A DNA stretch of 64,000 nt from Neoechinorhynchus agilis. Lineage: Eukaryota; Animalia; Acanthocephala. The position numbers and the translations under genes are program-made. The notes beneath the pieces were generated by a model. The model did not search any database, was not told the DNA's origin, and saw only the letters and a list, made by a program, of their open reading frames with translations. The stretch lies in assembly GCA_051530055.1 (NCBI GenBank), contig CM121343.1, positions 3,194,389-3,258,388 of the forward strand, read 5' to 3'. Below are positions 50,201-59,694 of this stretch, piece after piece. The first letter of the stretch is position 1. The number at the start of each line of letters is the position of its first letter.

Positions 50201-52112
50201 AGTGTTCAAGAACAACCGATCGATTCAAATTTAAGAGCCTCACCTCATTACAAACTAACACAGCAGGGCATTAGCCCAAGAAACTCACAGATTTCCGAAA
50301 ATAGTACGGGTATTCGAGACCGGCGTTCCAATTTCGTGCAAGAAAACTCACGGGTCTTGGATTGTAATATGACTACTCAAGATCGACGAGTAAAGTCCAT
50401 ATCCAAATATTCACGTATTTCTGACAATGGCAAGATTAATGGCGAAGAGGCACGAGCTGCTGCTAGTGAGTTAATATCCGTTGGACTATATGGTCACTTT
50501 CCATTATCAGACATATCGTCTAATAAAAGTGAAAACATCTCCAATGTATTAGAAACGCGTGGTTGCATTCAGGATAATCCTAGCAACCAACTGAGCTCTA
50601 CGATAAGCGACCGAATTTCATCTCAACAAGACGAGATTCTTCGAATCTTTCCAGATTATTTAATGCACGAAAGCTCACCGATTTTTGGCGGAGACGCAGA
50701 AGTTCTACATCAGCGATTCGCATCTCAACAATTGGAACCAGCGCGGGTTTCTGAGAAGGATGAGATGGTACAACCTCTTCAATCGGATTCAATGGTAGAA
50801 AGCTCATCGAATGCTGAGAGTGAATTTAGTGGTCAAGACATGCACGATGTCGGAATTTTCCATGCACTTAAGTTTATTGAAGAATTAGAGCATGAAGCAA
50901 AAACTAATCGTACTTCGGACGAAATCAGGGAAACTGAATGTTTAGATTCAAGTTCCTATTTAATTGCTTCTGATAATTTTGACGACGTTGAAAGTACTCA
51001 ATCGTTCCAATCAGAGCTTAGTCAGATGGATTCACTTTTTATTGAGGAGGTCGAAAGTACTGTTAGGCAGCAGTCAACTTTAGGTCTGATAAATTCGGAA
51101 GTTGTAGAAGAGAATGAAAGTGTTCAAAGTCAGCATCTAGACGTCTCAAATACATCAATTATCGAGGAAACCAAAAGAGTTTACCCGCACTACATGCCTC
51201 GTTGCTCGGAAATTGTGCCAATCTGCAACGATGCTACAAATGATGGATTGCAAACGTTAAAGTGCATCTCTACGAATTCACCAAATGTTAAGACGGTCGA
51301 TGGCGTTCAAATTTCCGATGTAAACAGTAGCCCAATACCTTCAGCAGTTGAGGACAACAATGAAAATGATCGAACGTTCCTTGAGATAGCTTCGTTTATT
51401 TTTAAAGAGTTTGAGCCTAATCTGAGATCCTCACGGAATGCTAGACCAAGTCTTCATATTTGTCAGAGTGATGAGTCAATTGATAGTGAAGAAGTGGACG
51501 AAGTGGACGAAAGTCATTTTGAGATTGACATTGATAAAATTAAAGAAGTGTGCCCAAACCCGAAACCAATATTAGATCTCACAATACCAAGATGGGCAAA
51601 AATATTAGAAGACCGTGCTAAAGATGTTATTGCTTTTTTGGATGTTTCTAGTTACTCAACTACGGACGATGTAATTTCTCAGGTTCTTTTTTTGCGGTTT
51701 ATATATTAATAAATCTACAATTCCATAGGTAATCGATAGTATGGCTAAGATCGTGATGAAAAAAATTACATCCGATCGCGAATATGTGTGCAAATTGAGC
51801 ACAATTGGATGGGATGAGGAAGATGAGCAAGAGAAGGCAAACAGCGTTTTAGAATTTAAACATTTTCCAAATGATTTCAATAGTATTGTAAAAGATAGAG
51901 ACACTCAGGGATTAATGGATGCGATCATGTATCACCCAACGAAGATTTCTTGTTCTGCCATTGATGCTATTGATTTATCTGAAAAGAGACTCAAAGCCTC
52001 TATTCGACGTTCGCTGGGTGAAGACATTTCGGTAGTTATGGAAAATTTAAATAACATAATTGAATACCGTAACACGACGGATTTTAAACTTTTTGAAGAA
52101 GTTCTTGATTAG
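44273..52112 (+). CDS. Uncharacterised protein: ~27 tandem basic 72-aa repeats, an acidic low-complexity region and a short C-terminal exon
   Basis: The 216-bp repeat is open on + and runs in frame into unique sequence at both ends (TDIFKESPLPPTPEP...; ...GTKYSNDGTSVQ...). Most frame breaks are 1-bp indels in homopolymers. A 46-nt GT-AG intron (51683-51728) joins the final exon, which ends in TAG at 52112. Confidence 0.7.
44370..50180 (+). repeat. Tandem array C, 216-bp coding unit, ~27 copies
   Basis: The unit ATGGATTTAAATGTAAGAAATTC...CAAATAAAACAA encodes MDLNVRNSKVSKEVKNGPTKELDNIRRKLGISDISRRLQIFERKTKPQGKHLKSKERNSKYSNNNARTQIKQ. Confidence 0.97.
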
Positions 52113-53079
52113 TAATAATTAAATAAACCATTTAATTAAATATGCGTTACTTTTCGGCTATATCTTCACTGCTAAAAATAATTTAAGAACGTCGCGACTG
52201 CTAGACAAATCTATCATTTTGCATTTTCCACAGGAGGAAGGCGAATAAAATTTGCTCAAAATCGAACTTTTCTAGTTTCGAAATTCTCATTAAATTCTTT
52301 GAGATATACATATTTTGCTTAATATCTTTGAAATATGAAAGGAGTCGTTGATTTAAGAGGAACCGGGATTAATTGTTTCATTGTCTCGATTGCGAATAAT
52401 AAGCATTCATTCCATTGTTTGAATTGTGGTGATGATAATCCCGGATCAAACGTATTTTATTGGATTGAAATATTTCGAAAGAGGAAGCCTCGCTTCATCA
52501 GTCACCTCAAAAGATTTTTGTTGTTTTGAATGGCTCAAGCTCGCGGGAATTCATTTCATGGTCCGTTTTCTAATTTGGTTTTAATAGGAGACAAGATTTA
52601 GAACCCGTTGCGTCATTTTTTTCTATAATTGAACATTTTGGATACGTTATTGAAGACCGTCGTGCTAACTCTTCAAGATTTTTAGATGGTATCAATAAAC
52701 CAAACTCACAGTAGTTTTTTTGAAGTTAATTTGTTTCCTTTGCATACGATGGATTAATAAGATTCAAACCTTGAACATTGTGCCAAAAATAGTAGCCATC
52801 ATTGATATTCATACGATGTACCATGCTCATTATGCCTGAAATTATACCATAAATTGCTCAATGCGAGCTGCTTTTAAAAAGTGCTCAGAAATGAAGAACG
52901 GTAAAATTTGTGTGTCGAAAATAATAGATTCTTAATTGAAAATGTTGTTTAAGTTTAACAAGGGGTTTTAATTGTTCTTTTAAGAAAAGCGGTAATTGTA
53001 GCAAGTTATTTGAATTGCAAACAGTCTGAGTTTCAAGGAGGCAACTATAATGGATGGCTACTTTTCGAAATATGACACT

Positions 53080-53270
53080 TATTTTCCGGCAGCTCGGCAC
53101 TCTGCTCCAGGATCTCTCGAAGAAATTGAGAGAGGCAAGCGGAGACTCAAGAGCAGGCGTATTCCTTCGACAAAATATCTCGCTGGCAGTACAACGGGGC
53201 AATGCTGCCAGCGTGATGGCGACGGTCGAGGAAGGACAAAAGCTGGAATTTGGCGGGAGGTGGTGAGTGT
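53080..53270 (+). mobile_element. CRE-like 3' fragment without the cassette
   Basis: RQLGTLLQDLSKKLREASGDSRAGVFLRQNISLAVQRGNAASVMATVEEGQKLEFGGRW. Confidence 0.8.
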
Positions 53271-53490
53271 GCTTCAAACAGATTGTTTGAATTGTTAAAA
53301 GTTAAAAATATATATTTTATCGCGCGAGAAAAAACCTTTTATACTACAAAGACTCCTATAAATCACTTTACCAGAGTGGTTCCATCTTTAAAAGCTTCAT
53401 ATTTTTGGCAGCATTGATGGCTCACGAGGGTATACAGAACAATTCATTTATAATAAAGCACCGTAGTTATTCATGCACGCGTTCATCATT

Positions 53491-54972
53491 TTATGTTGGA
53501 TTATTTTTCGCGACGAATGATTTTACATGAGCGAGTTTGGCTGTTGTGGATGGGCTATTTCTTCGATCGTTATTGTTATCGATGTCACGATTGCCAACGA
53601 CGATTTTACTATGAATCCAATCATGCATTGAAGGAAAGCATGGCTTGAGTATATAACTGCTAAATTTCACAAGTGCTTGTTTAAACATGCTATACATCTC
53701 TTCCCTGAAAAGATTTCCTGTCAAGAAGTAGAGGACGAAGTTTGAAGCGTGATTTGTGTAATAAACGAGCGTGATTATTGTCCATTCCAACAAGAACGTT
53801 GACCTTTGCTCAACGAATCGTGCAAATCCAATATATGTTTGTGCTGGAGCGGTGAGTAGTATAAAATAAAATGAAATCGCCATCATCATAACAGAGATAT
53901 TTCGCCTCTTATTTCCACTGGTTCTTTGACCCTTCATTTTCCTCGTGCTCGCAACAAGATTCCTAATTATCAAAGCATTTGAAACAAGTAAAATGATAAA
54001 AGGAACAGCGTAAAATGCAATGAGCTGCATGTATCCTATTACATTTTCTCGAAGACTGTAATATACTGCATATCGATCTGGATCGACCGTACACCCAACG
54101 ATTTTCTTCACTGGATGTAATGTCATCGTATATTCGGACATTTCTCTATCTTTCTAACGTTGCCAAGCCTCTTGAGAATTGTTCGACTAGAAAATAGGAT
54201 AATGGAGCTCGCATATGAACACTAATACACATAGTGTTCCAATAATCAGCATAGTGCTTCGATGGGTCATATAAGACCTGAATCGTGTATTGTGGCACAC
54301 GAATAAATACCTTTGGATCCCCACTGTAGCCAATAGAATGCTGGAGTTATGCATGAACCAGTATGTGAACAAAATATGGATTTTACACATTGCATCTGAG
54401 GATCGTACCTCAGTTCCATAACCATAAACGAGATAATGTCGCAAAAGACCGAACCAAATGGCACCGAGATCATTTATACACAACACAGCCAAATAGATTG
54501 CTGTTGTTTGATGCCGTAGCTTTGGTCTAATTAGAGTCAAAAATGATATTATATTACCAATTGTACCAATAGCTATAATTATAGGACAGACAATGACGTT
54601 CAACATTACTCTTAAATGTTCATCGTCCCATTTGCTGTAGGAGCCCAATTGCAACAATGAGTTGCTTCCCAACTTGCCTGTACCTTCTTGATTGGCGGCG
54701 TATTGGCCAGTCGCATTGATTGCCGATAGGAAATGGGGTTCTAATAATCCTCCGTTAAATGCAGTCATTGAGGTATCTTGAAAAAGGTTTTGGCGTTGGT
54801 TCTCAAAGTCGCCAACGGCTGCCACCGTAAACAATGAAGCCGAATTTCGATCCAAAACCGAAGTTTTCCCTGAATCCGGCAGGTTTGACTGCTCTTGATG
54901 CAAAGTGAAAGTCGGCCAGTTTGTCGCTTCCTCTACACGATCTTCGTATCGATCCAGATTTCTTGATTTCAT
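53491..54972 (-). CDS. Class A (rhodopsin-like) peptide-type GPCR, FMRFamide/sex-peptide-receptor-like group, interrupted after TM4
   Basis: TM1 GTIGN, TM2 LAVLCIND, ECL1 Cys, TM3 QRY, TM4 ending HYP, TM5 FYAVPF, TM6 ILLTAP and TM7 NHASNFVLY...FREE. Two in-frame TAG codons at 54187-54189 and 54154-54156 separate the halves. Confidence 0.85.
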
Positions 54973-57525
54973 TCCAGATTGTAGCGTTTCAACATAGTAA
55001 ATATGCTAGGATTTTAAGAGAGTGAAGAGAATAGAAATATAAGTGGGTCTCTAGAGGAAATGAAGAGGGAACAGTGGAAGAGAGATGATGCATCCTTCCT
55101 GAGCGTAGTGAATTGATAAAAGGATGAGGTATGAATGAGAATCATACAATCCTATGGCGCTTTCTCTATTATTATTGGCACTTTCCGCAAGTACATCCTC
55201 ATTTCAATCACGTATAGTAGTACTATAAAAAGACGAACTACAAGCAAGAGCTGTGAGTCTATATTATTGTTTTAAAGAACCTATGATGTCTCATGAGAAG
55301 CCATAGCCAGCTTATAAAAACGTAGATTGGCAATACCTCCAATGCTCCACCACCACCACCACCACCACTATTTTGCCTCACGTGTTTTGAACATGTTTGT
55401 ATGGCAATATTCTTTTACACTAAGATATTGTGATCGTATCACTGACACCTGCATGTAGCACAAGGTTCAACGGATATTCTGCCTTATCTCAACATTTAAA
55501 TTATTGTCTTTTATCAGGCACTAATATTTAAATACATACTCTATTTTAAAATTGACAAAAAATCCAATCAATTAAAAAAAAGAGTCCATGAACTCTCATC
55601 TTAAACGCTCTAAAATAATCCAATAATGTCTAACATTCTTAAAAATGTGATTCTAGTCAGAAAAAAAATTTTAGATGCAGGATCACATTCCGGTGGAAAG
55701 ATATTCTTGTTGAGCGGATCAAACCCCGAAACGTATTCATGTTATTTAATTTTTCGTGAACAAAATCCACCTCTTCAAATATTGTTTTGTATGTGTTTAC
55801 GACGTTAATATCTGAAGAGGTGCATTTCGTCCACGAAATATTAAATAATATGATTTGAACCGCTCAACAAGAATGTAATCGAAAATCTACGATAAAACAA
55901 TATTTTGCATGATGAAGATCAAATTCATACAAGTTAAGTAGGTGAAACACAGCTTTAAAAAAAGGATCAATCGACTTTAATAATTTTTTTATCTAGATTG
56001 GAATATTGGTTGAGTGATTCCTCAGTTGTAAATATAAAAAATATCAATAAATTCCACCGATGTATCGAGTCACAAACTCATATCCCACGGGTAGGTCAAA
56101 TTCTATTAGCGAAATGATGAGCTCCGGCTCTCTTTTAAGCCTAAACACTCCACCTATATGTCACCCTCGGTGCCACACCATGAGCCAGATTCTCATATTC
56201 ACTTATCATATTGAAGAAAGTCTGATTATTCCAACTCAACCATTAAATCGTTTCCTCATCTGGAGTTTTAACCACCACGGTTGGTAGCTCACAAACTAAC
56301 TTTCCTCCACTTTTGATTTAATACACCACAACTCTCTACACAGCTGCCAACCACTATCCTCTAACCATTACCGATAGCAGCCATACGCTCCACCGACGCT
56401 TTTCTCCCTTTCCTAAGGCACTAAAAGTCGAATCAGTCATGGATTCGTGACTTTTTTTTATGTCTGGGTGCACTAATGTCAAATCTAGTGAAAAAATCCT
56501 ACTACTCAGCTACTGACATTCAACAGTGATTTCTACATCATATACTCCAAGTCAGTTAATCAAATTTAATAATCTTGAGTATGCATTTATCAAAATTTAA
56601 TTGTCTTCTATTTAATTTATAAGGACTTACCGTCCGCTTTTCGAAGTCACTGCGTTCTTAAAGGGAAACACTGTACTTATGGAAAGGCAGATCATAACTT
56701 TGGAATTATACCTATCGAATTCGCCAGCGTCTCTTGAGCGATGGGAACAATTTTGATTTATAAGAAAAAAATCTGTTATAGAAACAATTAATGAATCGCA
56801 GAGTAAGTGATAGGAAAATGCAACTACATGAAAGGAATTTACTACTGTCGCAGCAGATAGTGTCCGGATTAAATAGTACTTCAATTAGCTGGATACTTTC
56901 ATTAATAAAATGTTTAGAGCATTAAAACTTTTATGCCATTATTTTTAGTACTGTAAAACAAAAACTAGACCATCTTCGAGAATGGCAGGAAATTCAAACC
57001 CATATCTGCGTCGCATTATTGGTCAAATGCTCAAACAATGTAAATAATGACAAATAGAATTAAAGTGGGTCAAAGTAAAGTACAAAGTGGAAATTTATAA
57101 TTCAATCATACAATAGAACACAAATCAGTTCGGTCGACGACCTGGATACAATTCCTCATACAAGTACAAAATCTTATATTCAGATCGGATAACGAAGCAT
57201 CTCAAGCCTGAAATGTCGACAGGAAATTCTTTACGGCTGCAAGGTGAAAATTATAAATGATCTATGCCAATCTCGAAGTTTAATCAACTTCCCATAGTCG
57301 AAATGTTTGCTGCTTCGATGAATCAGCGACCAAAATCTATTTTCTGAATCAAACATCGCTAATTGAAACTATAATGAATAATTTCTTTACAATTAGTTCA
57401 ATTACGAATTTCGCCCGAAGGTGGTCTCTGTTTTGGTCAATTGTACAAAATCATTATTTCAAACTTTGGTTTTGTTATTTAAACCATGAAAATACAAAAC
57501 AAGTTTTTTTAGTGTAAAATAAATA

Positions 57526-57741
57526 TCCTACATGGCTGAATTTGGGCACACAATCCAACAATTTGGGTCAGGGAAGCGCTGGTCTGTTCTATAATTCGTC
57601 CCTTTGGTTATGCTTCGTTGGTGCTAATGGATATTGATTCCCTTGATTCTGAAACAGGGATTAGGAGCTCACGTCCAGCGTAGACCAGCGCTTCCCTGGC
57701 TAATATCGGTGGACTGTGTGTCCAAATTCAGCCGTGTAGGA
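57526..57741. mobile_element. MITE with ~60-bp TIRs and TA flanks (Tc1/mariner-type), plus an extra right arm at 57947-58008
   Basis: TCCTACATGGCTGAATTTGGGCACAC...GGGAAGCGCTGGTCT versus AGACCAGCGCTTCCC...GTGTGTCCAAATTCAGCCGTGTAGGA; TA at 57524-57525 and 57742-57743. Confidence 0.75.
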
Positions 57742-58330
57742 TAATTAAATTTAAGCTGTTAAATGTGACCGGCATAGTCACGCATACGATATAAGAAAGT
57801 AAGTTTTAGCCTCAAAGTCGTAATTAGCAGGGGACGAAATACTGCTGAAGGGAGGAAACTCACTGATAAGTCCCGCCTCCTGGAGGTATCTGAGAATCTG
57901 GAGGAATGTACAAACTTACAACCGTCCGGTCTTGGGGCATTGAGCACAGACCAGCGCTTCCCGGACCAATGAATCGGTGAACTGTGTGTCCATTCGGCCG
58001 TGTATGGAAAAAATATCTATCAACCACGAGTAGATCCATAGTAAAAATTGTGCTTTGTAATTCACTATTTGAGGACAGCGATTGTACAGTACTTCGCTTT
58101 AAACTTGTCCTTTTCAAAAAAACACTTCGAGTTTCAACATGCGGCGTTATGAGGAGCATAAAGCTAGCCAATGATTAAATCGCCTCTTGTTTGTTCATCA
58201 CGTTCAGTTTGTAAGGGATCAATTTGTACAATCGAGGCGTTTTTGTTAACAATATTATAGTTGAGCCAAGACGTAGGATATTATTTAATAACGATTGAAA
58301 GTAAAATTAGTTTTTAAGGCAACTAGGGAA

Positions 58331-58383
58331 CCGTCCTTTCGACCATTACACTACGACGGTAGCTGAGTAATCCAGAGCGGTGG
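58331..58383. repeat. Solo copy of the hairpin/A-box cassette
   Basis: CCGTCCTTTCGACCATTACACTACGACGGTAGCTGAGTAATCCAGAGCGGTG matches the copies at 33650-33700 and 41722-41775. Confidence 0.75.
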
Positions 58384-58479
58384 CGTGGATAATTATACAC
58401 TTTTTGGCTGAAAAGCTTATAAATTATATAGTGATAACACTCTTTTTTTTTATTAATTTTTGTGTTTAAGAAATTAAAC

Positions 58480-59420
58480 CCATGTACCTTTGGGTCCTCA
58501 TAAACACAGAGATATTCTGGGTTTTTTGTATGCCGTTCTGGCGGTAATATCAGATCTCGTTAGGTCCGTTCGGGTGGGAATTGGTGGTTATTGTTTGCAG
58601 GAGAGCTTGTAGGTTGGTCTTTCCTCAGGTTCATTTCAAGTTCTGATATTCGAGAAGATTGGGCAGCATGGAAAAAGGAGCGTAGGTATAGGGAGGTGCC
58701 AGGTCGATTGAGCATGAAACGAATTAGGATTACGAGTGTTGCGCTCGTGTGAAAAGGAGGCGATATGTTGTCGAAATTGGGGTGGTAGGGTTGAGAGGCG
58801 TTTTGATTGTTTTATGAAAGGCATTCGGTGGGGAGGGGAAGTCAGTTGTGCAAATTTTAGATGCTCTTTTGTGAAGCATTTCAAGACGGCGGATTTGAAA
58901 TTTGGATAGGTTGCAAAAGACGAGATAATCGTGAGGGAGGGTAAAATAAAACGAAGTAAAATTTGTAGAGATCGGGAGAAGGGATTCCTAAATGTCGGAT
59001 GCGTTTGAGGAGATAAATTTTAAAGGTATTGCGTTTGAGAGAAAGAGTAAAATGCGAGTCCCATTTCAAATTTAGTTGAAATTCGAGACCCAGAATTCTT
59101 AGGGAGGTTACTCGTAGGATGTCATTTAGAAGCTCAGGGGAGAATGTGGGGTTGTGGGAGAGAGGGGATCATTTCGAAGCATTTAGAGAAATTGAGATGG
59201 AGTTTGTGACTGGTTCATAAATCTTTTATGTGTATGATTTCTTCAGAGGTTAAGGAGAGGTGGGCTGATGAGGATGATATAGTCGGCGTATAAGAAGAAT
59301 TTAAAGTGGGAGGAGAGAGGTTTGAGGTAGTTTAAGAAAATATTAAAAAGAAGTGGTGACAGCACAGTACCTTGAGGTAAGCCCTTGGTGAGTGATAGGC
59401 TGATCAAGGAAGTAGATCGG
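58480..59420 (-). mobile_element. L2-group LINE, defective copy with RT remnant
   Basis: GLPQGTVLSPLLFNIFLNYL...LYADYII. Reverse complement of 40655-41500, with only a handful of substitutions seen. Confidence 0.85.
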
Positions 59421-59694
59421 CAGAAAATATATTGTTTCCGATTGTGAAGAAAAGATTCGAGCCAAATGTGAGACCAAAGTCGGAGCAGGCCAGGAGAAGG
59501 AGTGAATGATCCACGGAGTCGAATACTTTCGATAAATCCAGTTAAATGAGACGGGTGACGTGGGAGGGATTGTTGTTTAGGTTTCGTAGGAGCGTGCCAT
59601 AAATGCAAAGTAGGGATTCGGTTGCAGAAAATTTGGACCGGAAACAGAATTGTAGGGGCGATAACTTGTGGAAAACTAGGAATTTTGCACGATT

